Positions 13,360-27,200 of a stretch of DNA of 64,000 nt are shown here, in pieces (position 1 is the first letter of the stretch; every line of letters begins with the position of its first letter). Position numbers and translations under genes: made by a program. The notes beneath the pieces were generated by a model. It did no database searches and was not told the DNA's origin. It was given only the letters and a program-made list of their open reading frames with translations. Source of the DNA: Anaeramoeba ignava BMAN (taxonomy: Eukaryota; Protista; Anaeramoebae); contig JAPDFW010000125.1 in NCBI GenBank assembly GCA_028826165.1, forward strand, positions 883,370 through 947,369, read 5' to 3'.

Positions 13360-16300
13360 AAACAAAAAAATAATAAGATCACAAATTTTTGTGATTTTTT
13401 TCATTTGGAAAAGAAAAAGAAACCAATTTTTTCATTAAATCTTGAGAATTACAAGAAAGAAACCATTGATGATTTTCTTTTTCAATTACAAAAATATTTT
13501 CTTTTCCAAATTTTTCTGATTCTTCTTTTGAAAGTGGAAAAATTTTAGTTTCAAAAAGATTAAATTTTTTTTGACCTGAATCTTGTTGAGAATCTTGATA
13601 AAAATATAAACGATTATTTGTAATTGTAACAAAAACAAATTTCCAAATTTTTTCATCAGGAAAATATAATTCAAAAACACCACCAATATCTATTTTAAAT
13701 TTTTAATTGAATTTAAATTGAATTTTATTAATTAATATTTTTGTTCCACTTTTTTTTGAATTGAATTGAATTGAATTTTAATTTTGAATTGAATTGAATT
13801 GAATTTGAATTTTATTTTTAAATTTAATTTAAATTTTTAATTGAATTTAAATTGAATTGAATTGAATTTGAATTTGAATTGAATTTTAATTGATTTTTGA
13901 ATTTTGATTTGAATTTTATTTTAATTTTAATTTTGAATTGAATTTTAATTTTGATTTTAATTTTAATTTTGAATTTTAATTTTAATTTTAAATTGAATTT
14001 TGATTTTTTTGAATTGAATTTTTATTTTGAATTTATTTTTTTACCTTCATTTTGTGAAATATTCTTTTCTGTTTTCTCAAAATTCTTAAGCATCGATAAT
14101 GTCGGTTTTCGACGATAATCATATGTTCTTATAGTTTCTCTTCTTTTTTCAGGAACAGAAAATTCAAATATAGGAATTTTTTTTTTCGGATTCAAATCTT
14201 GAAAGAAAAAATAAGCATCAATTGAATTTTGTTCCCAAAAATTAATAACAGACATAATTTTTTCACTTCCATCAAATCTTCTTAAGGAATTCTTAAACTT
14301 TTCAAAAAGATAATATTGCGGTTTATTTGGGTCAAAATTTGAATTTAAAGCCAATTTTTGTTTCAAAGAAAACACACAGTCATTGCAAGTAGTTTCGTTT
14401 GTAATTTTGAGAGAAATAAATGAATAGTCTTCAAGTAAAAATCGAACTACCATACTTGTTTCTGATCTAACAAGAGTTTTGTCAGAAATTCCTGAACGAG
14501 ATTTATAAACAAGCCTGTAAAAATCACCCTTGTTTTCACCTGCCCATTTACTTTTAATAAACCAGACTTTAATATTATTATCCAAAATTCTTTCCTCTTT
14601 TCCAATTTTTTCCACTAATACAAAATCTGGTTGTATTTTGAATTCTTCTTCTAATCCATATTTCTTAATTATTCCTTTTACTAAACAACACACATCATAT
14701 ACAGTATGATCTTCTGAAATGGGAACAGTTTTGAATACTGAATCTGAGAAAAAAATTCGTACTATTTGTTTTAGTGCTTTTTTATATTGAGCTTCGTGTG
14801 TCTCCAATTTATTCATTGAAGATATTCTTCTTGATTGCATAAAAATATGATGTATTTTCTTTTTCCTAATTTCGAAATTGTCTTCTTTTGACAAGTTTAA
14901 TTGAATTTTTTGAAATGTTTCAAGTTTTTGATAATCAATTTTAACTTTTTCCAAAAAATCCTTTAATTTTTTCTTCATTTCTTGAATTGGTTTCATAATT
15001 TGGTTTTTTTGATGAATAAGGTTTACTTTCGCTTCATTCTTAATTGTCATTGTTTCTTGGTCTAAATTTTCTTCATATATTGTAAGTAATTTATTAATTT
15101 CTTCTCGAAATGTATCATTTTCTTTTAAGATTTCGAGTTTTTCCAATCTTGATCAAAAACAGTTTTATTTTTATGAAAAGTAAAATAAAACTTATTAATT
15201 TCATTGTTTGAATTAGTGATTAAATCTGATTCTTCGTCAATAATATCCACAAGAGTTAGTAAAAGAATATGAGCATCTTGAATTAGATTCAAATCGAAAT
15301 AGTTGATAATTTGATTCAAAATTGTCTCTATTGTGTCTAATTTTATAAAAAACTCTTCGTGATTTTTTGTATATTGTTGATTTGGATCTTCTTTTGAAAA
15401 TGTATATTTGATGAAATCTTCTTTTTCTAGTTGAATTAATAGATCCAAAAGTCTCAATTCTCTTAATGTGAGTGTTTGTACTAAATTTTGTCTGTTTCTT
15501 GCTACTTGGAATATGTCATAATGTTGATTGAATAGAAAAAATAAAAATGTTTGTAATTGAAGATCAGTTGCTTTTTCTTGTGGTTTATTTACTGAGATAT
15601 CTATTTTATTTTGTTTTTGTTTTTCAATTTGATTTTCAATTTTATTTTGATTTTCATTTTGATTTTCAATTTTATTTTGATTTTCATTTTGATTTTCATT
15701 TTCATTTTCATTTTGATTTTCATTTTGATTTTCATTTTCATTTTCATTTTGATTTTGATTGTTATTTTCATTTTGATTTTGAATTTGATTTTCATTTTCA
15801 ATTTTATTGTTATTTTCATTTTCATTTTCAATTTGATTTTTATTTTCATTGTTATTTTTATTTTGATTTTCATTTTCATTTTCATTGTTATTTTTATTTT
15901 CATTTTGATTTTGATTTTGATTTTGATTTTGATTTTCATTTTCATTTTGATTTTCATTTTCATTTTGATTTTGATTTTGATTTTGATTTTCATTTTCATT
16001 TTCATTTTGATTTTCAATTTGATTTTCATTTTCATTTTCATTTTGATTTTCAATTTGATTTTTATTTTCAATTTCATTTTCAATTTGATTGTTATTTTCA
16101 TTTTCATTTTCAATTAGATTGTTATTTTCAATTTGATTTTGATTTTGATTTTCATTTTGATTTTGATTTTCAATTTTATTTTCATTTTCAATTTGATTTT
16201 CATTTTCATTTTCATTTTGATTTTGATTTTGATTTTCATTATCATTTTCATTTTCATTTTCATTTTCATTTTCATTTTCATTTTCATTTTCATTTTGATT

Positions 16301-17500
16301 TTCAATTTGATTTTGATTTTCATTTTGATTTTGATTTTGATTTTCAATTTTGATTTTGATTTTGATTTTCATTTTGATTTTGATTTTGATTTTGATTTTC
16401 ATTTTGATTTTCATTTTCATTTAGATTTTTATTTTCATTTTGATTTTGATTTTGATTTTGATTTTGATTTTTATTTTGATTTTCAATTTGATTTTCAATT
16501 TGATTTTGATTTTGATTTAGATTTTCAATTTGATTTTCATTTTGATTTTGATTTTCAATTTGATTTTCATTTTCAATTTGTTTTTCAATTTGTTTTTCAA
16601 TTTGATTTTCAATTTGATTTTCAATTTGATTTTCAATTTGATTTAGATTTTCAATTTGAATTTGATTTTGATTTTCATTTTGATTTTCAATTTGATTTTC
16701 AATTTGATTTTGATTTTCAATTTGATTTTGATTTTGATTTTTGATTTTTTGATTTTAGATTTTGATTTTTTTCATTTTGATTTTCATTTTGATTTTGATT
16801 TTTGATTTTTTTTGATTTTGATTTTGATTTTTCATTTTGATTTTCATTTTGATTTTTTTCAATTTGATTTTCAATTTTTGATTTTCATTTTGATTTTCAA
16901 TTTGATTTTCAATTTGATTTTTCAATTTGATTTTTTTCAATTTGATTTTCAATTTGATTTTTTTGATTTTCAATTTTTTTCATTTTCATTTTCATTTTGA
17001 TTTTTGATTTTGATTTTCAATTTGATTTTCAATTTGATTTTCATTTTGATTTTGATTTTGATTTTGATTTTGATTTTCAATTTGATTTTCAATTTCATTT
17101 TCAATTTGATTTTCAATTTGATTTTCAATTTGATTTTCAATTTGATTTTCAATTTGATTTTCAATTTGATTTTCATTTTGATTTTGATTTTCAATTTGAT
17201 TTTCAATTTGATTTTCAATTTTATTTTCATTTTGATTTTCAATTTTATTCTTGATTTAGATTTTCATTTTGATTTTGATTTTCAATTTGATTTTCATTTT
17301 CATTTTGATTTTCATTTTCAATTTGATTTTCATTTAGATTTTCATTTTGATTTTCAATTTGATTTTCAATTTGATTTTCAATTTGATTTTCAATTTGATT
17401 TTCATTTAGATTTTCAATTTGATTTTGATTTTCATTTTCATTATCACTTTCAACTTCATCAATATCATCTAAAAATTGAAAAGTATTCTTGATTAAATTT
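13360..17500 (-). CDS. Low-complexity (E/N/Q) region + degenerate DH-like region + two RA (ubiquitin-like) domains + PH domain protein; 5' end unresolved
   Basis: RA-like segments: [26 protein letters not shown] and [26 protein letters not shown]. Donor at about 14044 and acceptor at 13690 lead to a PH-like last exon ([19 protein letters not shown]...[16 protein letters not shown]). Several homopolymer frameshifts, e.g. near 15135 and 13655. Confidence 0.6.
15610..17450. repeat. (GAAAAT/CAAAAT/CAAATT)n hexamer array, probably coding ENQI low-complexity region on - strand
   Basis: Continuous hexamer repeat, in frame with the unique coding sequence below 15600. Confidence 0.75.
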
Positions 17501-18399
17501 TTCTTTTGATTTTTATTTAGATTTTTCTTTTGATTTTTATTTAGATTTTTCTTTTGATTATTTGTTTTTGAAGAAAGTAAATTTTGATCACTCTTTGTAA
17601 AAGATTTTAAGTTATTTTCATTTAAATTTGATTTTGTTAAATTTATTTGTAAGTCATCATAATTTTTTGAGTTCTGATTTAATTCATCTTTAGGTTTTTT
17701 TTGAGATTTGAATTTAAGATTTGAGAGATTTTGATTTTAAATGAGATTTTAAATTTTTCTTATTTTGTTTAATTTTTCAAAAATATCAATGAATGATCCA
17801 TCAAAAATGATAGAAAAATGAAAAATAAAAATTAAAAATTAAAAATTTTTGTTTTTGTTTTTCATTTTTTCTTGTTTTTGATTTTTATTATTTTTTTTAT
17901 TTTTAATTGATTTGAATTTTTTTGAAATTGAATCATTAATTGAATTTTCATCCATCTTTGATAATCAATTAAAAATTTTAAGTTATTTTCATTTAATTTT
18001 TGAGTTTTTACAAAACAATCAAAAATATAAATGCAAATTTCCATTTGTTTCTGAATTAATTAAATTTTTGAGTTCTGATTTAATTCAAATCAAAAACAAT
18101 TTAGAGAGGTTTTAATTGAGATCTCAAAAAATAAAAAATCTAAATGAGATTTTGTTTTTAAAAAATGACAAAAATTTTTCTTAAATTTTTCTTTTTTTCT
18201 TTTAATTTTTCCTTTCTTTTTTATTTTATTGTAAAAAAATATAAATGATGAATGATCCATATTATTTTGTTAAAATCTGGAAAATTTTAGAAAAATTAAA
18301 AATAAAAATTAAAAATTAAAAATTTTAACAAATTTTTGTTTTTCATTTTTAATTGTTTTTCTTTAATTTTATTTTAATTTTTAATTATTTAATTTTATT

Positions 18400-20380
18400 T
18401 TTAATAATTGATTATTTTAATAATAATTTTCGATGACAAACAACAATTTTTTAATAAAATTGAATAATTAATTTAATCGTAATTTTAATCCATCATTAAT
18501 AATAATCATTTTAATAATAATTTTAATAATAAAAAATAATTTTAATAATAATTTTAATAATAATTTTTATAAATAATTCCATAAAACTTGAAATTTTTTT
18601 TAGAGTTTTTAAAAACAATCAAAAAAATTAAATAATAATTTTCCATTTTTTTTAATAATTTTAATAATAATTTTAATAATAAAATCGATTTTTTGATTTG
18701 ATTTTAATAAAATTTAAAAATAAATTTATAAAGAATTTTTTTAATTTCTTAATAATTTAATAAAATTTTAATAATAATAAATTTAATAATTTTAATAATA
18801 AATTTTATTTTTGTTTTTAAAAATTTTTTTTGACAAAATTTTTCTTTCTTTTTAATAAATTTAATTTCTTTTTCTTTTTATTCTTTTTCTTTTTTTAATT
18901 TTTTTTTTCTTTTATTTTATTTAATAAAAATTAATTTTTAAATAATAATTTTAATAATAATTTTAATAATAATTTTAATAAAAATTTATAATAATTTTGT
19001 TAAAATTTCGTTAATAATAATTTTAATAATAATTTTATTTAAAAATAATTTAACAAATTTTTTTAAAATTTTAATAATAAATTTTATAATAATTTTATAA
19101 TAATTTTTATAATAATTTTAATAATAATTTTAATAATAATTTTAATAATAATAATTTAATAATAATTTTAATAATAATTTTAATAATAATTTTAATAATA
19201 AATTTTAATAATAATTTTAATAATAAATTTAATAATAATTTTAATAATAATTTTAAATAAATTTTAATAATAAATTTTAATAATAAATTTAATAATAAAT
19301 TTTAATAATAAATTTAATAATAATAATTTAATAATAATTTTATTAATAATTTAATAATAATAATAATTTTAATTAATTTTAATAAAATAATAATTTTTAA
19401 TAATTTTTTAATTTAATAAAATTTTTAATAATAATTTTTAATAATTTAATTTTAATTAATTTTTTTAATAATAATTTAATAATAATTTTAATAATAATTT
19501 TAATAATAAATTTAATAAATTTAATAATAAATTTTAATAATTTTTTAATAATAATTTTAATAATAATTTTAATAATAAATTTAATAATAAATTTTAATAA
19601 TAATTTTAATAATAATAAATTTTAATAATAATTTTAATAATAAATTTTAATAATAAATTTAATAATAAATTTAATAATAAATTTTAATAATAATTTTAAT
19701 AATAAATTTTAATAATAAATTTAATAATAAATTTAATAATAATTTTAATAATAATTTTAATAATAATTTTAATAATAATTTTAATAATAAATTTTAATAA
19801 ATTTTAATAATAATTTTAATAATAATTTAATAATAAATTTAATAATAAATTTAATAATAAATAATAAATTTAATAATAAATTTAATAATAAATTTAATAA
19901 TAAATTTAATAATAATTTAATAATAATAATTTTAATAATAATTTTAATAATAAATTTAATAAATAATTAATAATAAATTTTAATAATAATTTTAATAATA
20001 ATTTTAATAATAAATTTAATAATAAATTTAATAATAAATTTAATAATAAATTTAATAATAAATTTAATAATAATTTTAATAATAATTTAATAATAAATTT
20101 AATAATAATTTTAATAATAATTTTAATAATAATTTTAATAATAATTTTAATAATAATTTTAATAATAATTTTAATAATAATTTTAATAATAATTTTAATT
20201 AATTTTAATAATAAATTTATTAAATAATTTATTAAATAATTTTATAAATAATTTTATAAATAATTTTATAATAATTTTATAAATAATTTTAACAATAAAT
20301 TTAATAATAAATTTAATAATAATTTTAATAATAATTTAATAATAATTTTAATAATAAATTTAATAAATAATTTAATAATA
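18400..20380. repeat. (AATAATAATTTT)n AT microsatellite, probably intron of exportin-T
   Basis: About 2 kb almost free of G and C, ending at the AAG acceptor 20381-20383. Confidence 0.8.
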
Positions 20381-20383
20381 AAG

Positions 20384-23300
20384 TTTTAAGAAATAAAGTT
20401 GCTTATTTATTTATTGCACAAGTAAAACATGAATATCTTACTGATTGGCAATCTTGTTGGGAAGAATTATTAAATATAATACAAGAATCACAAGAAAATA
20501 ACAAAATACTAATAAATATAGATTTTCTAACAAGAATAATTGAAAGTTTTGATGAACAAATGATTTCAGAAGCAAAAAAAACAAGAAATCAACAAACAAA
20601 TAAAGATAAAGATCAAATCATTCCAAAAATGATTTCAGAAAATATTGACAAAAAATTAATATATTTATTATATTCAACAATTACAACATTTAACGAAACA
20701 CAATCACCAACAATTAAACGATGTATTCAAGCAATCTCATTATTAATTAAATGGGTGGATATTTCTTTGATTTTAAATGAGGAGATTCTTGATTTACTTT
20801 TCAATTTTATTTCGTTGGAAAATTATCAAGAAGATGTTTGTGATTGTTTTTTTGAAATGTTAAATAGATCAATGAATTCAACAGAAAAAATAAATTTAAT
20901 TCGCAATTTGAATTTGCAAGAAAAATTGGCAGGAATTAATAACGAAAATAATCAATTCAATTTAAATTTCAAATGTGCACTTTCTCACGTTGTAAATGAA
21001 ATGGGAATCCAATTGTTTTTTTCAATGGAAAATTTATCAAACGTTCATACAAAAGGAAGAAAAGTTGATTTTGTTCAATTTGTTAATATTTGGCAGGAAA
21101 TTTCCATTTTTTTCCCTTTGTTGTTTGAATACTCATCCAATAGCCATTTCATGGTTGCAAATGAAATGATCCCATTTCTTGAGGAATTTGTGTGGTGTTT
21201 TGATTATATTGACACAAAAATAAAAGATTATGAAAAAAGCAAAGATAGTTGTGAATACCAAGATGAATATCAAGATGAATACCAAGATGAATATGATTAT
21301 GATGTGGATTATAATGAAGATGATGATTATAATTACAGTTTTAATTACAACGATTTTCGTTTTAATTCTGATTATGGAAATCAAAATTCAAATCAAAATT
21401 CAAATCAAAATTTAAACGAAAATTCAAACCAAGAAATTGACGTTTCTCAATTAAATCAATTCATCCAAAACCAAATGAATTACATTTCCCAAATATTAGG
21501 GATTATCATTTTCAATTCAAGATATCCAGAAGACTTTGATTTTGGAGACAATCCGCCTGAGTCAAGTGAAAAATTCAAAATATATCGGGCAAATTTATTA
21601 AGAATATTTCGATCGATACATTACTCATGGAGCGATCTTGTGCAAGAGTTCACACAAGAATCAATCACACAAGTTGTAGATGCACTAAATAGAGGAGAAA
21701 ATGTGAGTTTTTCAGACGTAGAAATTGCGCTAGAATTGGTGTATATCCTAGGAGAACGCGCATATCTAGAAGATTTCCAGAAGGTCGATGATAGGCCTTT
21801 CCTAAACAAAGTCATTACGCTTCTTCTCGAAAGCAACATTTCTGAATTTCCTCATAATATTGTTGTTTCCCGATATTTCTGGGTTCTTATCAAATATTCT
21901 CCATTTTTGGGATCCAACCCCAAATACATACCAAAGGTTCTTCAGGCTTTTCTCGACGATCGCGGTATTCGCAACGAGGATCTTCATCAACGCAAGGTAT
22001 GCTCCTCGCTTTTCTTCCGCATGGTGAAGGATCTTGGGTCGCAATTAGAACCGTTTGTCGAAAAAATTATAGAAAATATTGTGCCCTTAATACAAATACA
22101 GTCTCCGCAACTCCAGCAAATTTCACAAGTCTCCCAATCACCACAAACATCGCCTCAAAGCAAAATACACAACCTGAAAAAACAAGCATATGATATAGCT
22201 CAGTCGAATGCGTATTATTTGCCGATAACTGAATTGGGATTTTTATACGAATCTGTTGGAATCTTACTGAAAGTTCTTTACGGAAATGATGCACAACCTC
22301 AAATAGCAGTCGAGGATCAAAACCAATCACAGAAATTGCAACAGAGAGAAAAAGTACTTGCACTTCTGCAAATGGCTATTTCTCCTGTGTTTAAAATGCT
22401 GAGCGAATTTGTCGAAAATCTCGACCAAAATGAACTATCTCCTCATCCTTTTTATCTTTCCTTTATTACACAATCTCTCTCCGTTCTTAACTCATTATTC
22501 AAAGGATTATCAACCTTCAGAACACTTCTTCCTCTCGATATTTTCCACAACATCTTTGCCGATATTTCTCAGCTTTTCTTGCAAATTGTCAACAAAATCC
22601 CAAGTAGTTCAGAAATTCGCGGACTTGTTGTTGATTACTGCAACAGATTGGAAAGTGTTTTTGGGGAATCTGCCTTTAATTTCTCATCCGAAATCATTCT
22701 CGCTGTTTTTCATGCCATGAAATACTTGCCTGATTGCATTGAGATTTTGGATCTTTTTGGCGGACTTCTTTCTAGATTTGGCTGCAAAATTTACTCTTTT
22801 TTAAATTCTTTATTTGGGGAAATTTTATCCAAAATTTTCGAGATTTTTGAACAAGCAAAAGAAGAAAGAGAACGAGAATATCAAATACAACAGAAACAAC
22901 TCGAACTTCTTGGAGAAGATACTCGCGCAACACGTAATTTGGAATTGACAAGAAGCGAAATTTTGAGAGAATTTCGAGATCTTCGAGAATCTTACTTTCG
23001 ATTTTTAGTTCAAATTATTAACACTTGCGACCAACTCTTGATAAGTGAGCAAAATAAGCAAAACCTCTCAATTGTTTTAGACTCTGTTGTAGACGGATTT
23101 GCTCAAGCTGATGACGACTACCCTATTCTTAAACTTTGCTTGGAGTTTGTTCTTCTCGCTGTTGATAAATGGTCCTCCATTTACTCAGAATTCGAACCCT
23201 TTGTGGTTCAAAATATCGTTCCTTTGCTCTTTGAAATACCCATCAAAGAAGCATTCGATCTTCAGGATGCTCAAGCAAACACCGTTCTTTTTCTGATTTC

Positions 23301-23544
23301 ACGCTTGATTGCTTTTCTGTTTCAATTGCCCAGCAAAAGATTGCAAAATTTTCTTATTCAGGATTTTTTCCCTAATTTCTTTCAAAATGATCCAAATTTT
23401 TCCCAAATTTCTAATCAATTTTTTGTTTTGGTTTCTGATATTATTGATGAAAAAGATGATCAAAAACGTCGAGCATGTGAAAGGAAATTCAAATCTTTTC
23501 TTCGAGATTTATTTAAAGATTTAAGATTGAAGTTTAATAATTAA
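20384..23544 (+). CDS. XPOT: Exportin-T (tRNA exportin, Los1/XPOT), large exon; 5' exon(s) not identified
   Basis: Motifs LRNKVAYLFIAQVKHEYLTDW, WVDISLILNE, DVEIALELVYILGE and FLDDRGIRN...SSLFFRMVKDL match exportin-T. The frame is open from the acceptor at 20384. Confidence 0.85.
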
Positions 23545-23695
23545 AAATACAAAATACAAAATACAAAATAAAATACAAAATAAAATTTATTTCCGAAATT
23601 TTTATTTTTATTTTTTTAGCTTTTAACAAGAAATGTATGAAAAAATTTGGAAAAAATTTAAATCAACATGAAATTTCTTTTTCTTTTTATTTAAA

Positions 23696-24100
23696 TTAAT
23701 AAAATTCAGGAATCGAATCATAAGAATAACCTGGATAACCTTTATAAGAATAATAAGCTATCATTGATTCATAAAATCCAGGTAAAAACATAAGAGAACC
23801 AAGTATAATTAAAGGAATTCCTCGATCTTGAAATTCTTCTGAAAATTTTTCTAAATGAAATAAAACTCCAAAAACAATTAAAATAGATCCTCCAACTAAT
23901 AAAAAAATTGCAAGATAAATTGCTTTTTTAACTTAGAAAATAAAGAAAAGAAAAGAAATTTTTTTAATTTTTTATTTTGTTTTTTATTTTGTTTTTTATA
24001 TAAAACCTTGTGGAGGAATTTTTTGTTTAAAAGTTTTAGTTTTGTTTTTTTCATTTGATTTATGTTTTGGAAGTCTTTGATAAGGATTTTGAGATTTCAT
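23696..24100 (-). CDS. TMEM230: TMEM230-like small membrane protein (2 exons)
   Basis: Spliced product contains KAIYLAIFLLVGGSILIVFG...DRGIPLIILGSLMFLPGFY...AYYSYKGYPGYSYDSIPEFY*, the TMEM230 signature. Confidence 0.85.
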
Positions 24101-24255
24101 ATTTTTTTTAAAAAAAATGAAAAAAAAAAAATGAAAAAAAAATGAAACAAAATTTTTATTTTTCATTTTTTTTTTGGATCTTAATTTTTTTTCCAATTTT
24201 TTCCTTTTTTTTGTTTAAATCATTTAATTTTTAATCAATTTATTTTTCAAAAATA

Positions 24256-27200
24256 ATGGATAGCCTTTCATCACAAGAAGAATTAAAAGAAAGTGATATA
24301 GAAAAACCAAAAAAAGAAACTGAAAATTTAAACGAAAATGAAATTGAAAATGAAATTGAAAAAGAAAATTCACAAGAAAAACCAGAAAAAGAAACTGAAG
24401 AACAAAAAAAGAAAAAATATTGGGATCGAAGTAAAATTCGAAGAATGAGACAATTAATGAAAGAAAAACGATTTGAAGTAATGATTCAAGCGTTTACATC
24501 TTCATTGAAAAGAATATTAATTCCAGTTTCAATAACGATGATATTAACTGTTATTTTGATTAAAACTTTATATTCAGATCAAACAATGAATAATCAATTT
24601 CAAGATGTTTCAGTGTATAATGAAAACTCTTCTGATTCTGGTGGTAAAAAGTTCGCTGGTTCTCTTTTAAATGCTTTGATAATTGTTGGTGCTATTGTTG
24701 TTATGACTTTTCTTATTGTCCTTTGTTTCAAATTTGGTTGCATGAATTTGGTGTTTGCTTATATAATCTTTTCCACTTTTATCATGTTAGGGATTATTGG
24801 TGCTGTGACTTTTATGTAATTATAATAAAAAAAAATTTTTTTTCATTTCAACAAAAAATTTCAACAAAAAATCAAATTAAATTTTATTTAATTAAATTTC
24901 ATGTTAAAATATTATTTAATTAAATTTCATTCCAAAATATTATTTAATTAAATTTCATTCCAAAATATTATTTAATTAAATTTTATTTAATCAAATATTA
25001 TTCCAAATTTTATTTAATTAAATTTAATTCCAAAATATTATTTAATTAAATTTCATGTTAAAATATTATTTAATTAAATATTATTTAATCAAATTTCATG
25101 TTAAAATATTATTTAATCAAATATTATTTAATTAAATTTATTATTTAAAATATTATTTAATTAAATTTCATTCCAAAATATTATTTAATCAAATTTCATT
25201 CCAAAATTTTATTTAATTAAAATATTACTTAATCAAATTTCATTCCAAAATTTCATTTAAAATATTATTTAATTAAATTTCATTCCAAAATATTATTTAA
25301 TTAAATATTATTTAATCAAATTTCATTCCAAAATATTATTTAATCAAATTTCATTCCAAAATATTATTTAATAAAATATTACTTAATCAAATTTCATTCC
25401 AAAATATTATTTAATTAAATATTATTTAATTAAATTTCATTCCAAAATATTATTTAATTAAATATTATTTAATCAAATTTCATTCCAAAAATATTATTTA
25501 ATTAAATATTACTTAATCAAATTTCATTCCAAAATATTATTTAATAAAATATTATTTAATAAAATTTCATGTTAAAATATTATTTAATCAAATATTATTT
25601 AATTAAAATTCATGTTAAAATATTATTTAATAAAATTTCTGTTAAAATATTATTTAATTAAATTTCATTCCAAAAATATTATTTAATCAAATATTATTTA
25701 ATTAAATTTCATTTAAAATATTATTTAATTAAAATTTCATGTTTAAAATATTATTTAAAAATATTATTTAATTAAATTTCATTCCAAAATATTATTTAAT
25801 CAAATAATTATTTAATAAAAATATTATTTAATCAAATTTCATTCCAAAATATTATTTAATAAAATATTATTTAATTAAATTTCATTCCAAAATATTATTT
25901 AATCAAATTTCATTCCAAAATATTATTTAATCAAATATTATTTAATCAAATTTCATTCCAAAATTTTATTTAATAAAATATTATTTAATAAAATTTCATT
26001 TTAAAATATTATTTAATCAAATATTATTTAATTAAAATTTCATGTTAAAATATTATTTAATAAAATTTCATTCCAAAATATTATTTAATCAAATTTCATG
26101 TTAAAATATTATTTAATTAAATTTCATTCCAAAATATTATTTAATCAAATTTCATTCCAAAATATTATTTAATCAAAATATTATTTAATTCAATTTCATG
26201 TTAAAAATCGTTTTCTCTTTTATTAGTGAACTTCTTGTTGCTGAAAATCTTGGTATGGATTGGCTTTCTTTTGTTATTTTTATGTTGAATTTTGCAGTTG
26301 TTGGTGTTACAGTTATTTTTTGGAAAGGACCTGAAATTTTCAATAAAATGTATTTAATTGCTGTCAGTGTACTTGTTGCAAAGGTTTTTGCTTCACTTCC
26401 TGAATGGACTGCTTGGATTCTTCTTGGTGCAATTGCTATTTGGGGTTTGAATTTAATTTCCAAAAAACAAATTCTATTTTTAATAATTTTAATTTTAATT
26501 TTAATTTTAATTTTAATATTAAATTTTTCAGATATTTTTGCTGTTTTATCTGCTCGTGGTCCTTTAAAAGTTTTAATTGAAACTGCTCAACAAGAAGATA
26601 AACCTATTGCTGGACTTCTTTATAATTGTAATTTATTTTTTTCAATATTTAATATTCAATATTTAATTCAATTCAATATTCAATTCAATTCAATATTTAA
26701 TTCAATTCAATATTTAATTCAATTCAATTCAATTCAATTCAATATTCAATTCAATTCAATTCAATTTAATATTTAATTCAATTTAATATTTAATATTTAA
26801 TTCAATTCAATATTTAATTCAATTCAATTCAATATTTAATATTCAATATTCAATTCAATTTAATATTCAATATTCAATATTCAATTCAATATTTAATATT
26901 CAATTCAATATTCAATTCAATTCAATTTCAATTCAATTCAATATTTAATTCAATTATTTTATATTTATTCAATTCAATTCCAATATTTAATATTCAATAT
27001 TCAATATTCAATTTAATATTCAATTCAATTCAATTTAATATTTAATTCAATTCAATTTAATATTTTAATTCAATTCAATATTTAATATTTATTCCAATTC
27101 AATTCAATTATTCAATATTCAATTCAATTCAATATTCAATTCAATTCAATATTCAATTCCAATTCAATATTCAATTCAATTCAATATTTAATATTCAATT

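Noticed and set aside
15547-17492. Plus-strand ORFs rich in F/D/H/I/L
   Set aside because: They are antisense shadows of the hexamer repeat.
26430-26540. Presenilin WD instead of YD catalytic motif
   Set aside because: WD occurs in active invertebrate presenilins, and both catalytic Asp residues and the PALP motif are intact.
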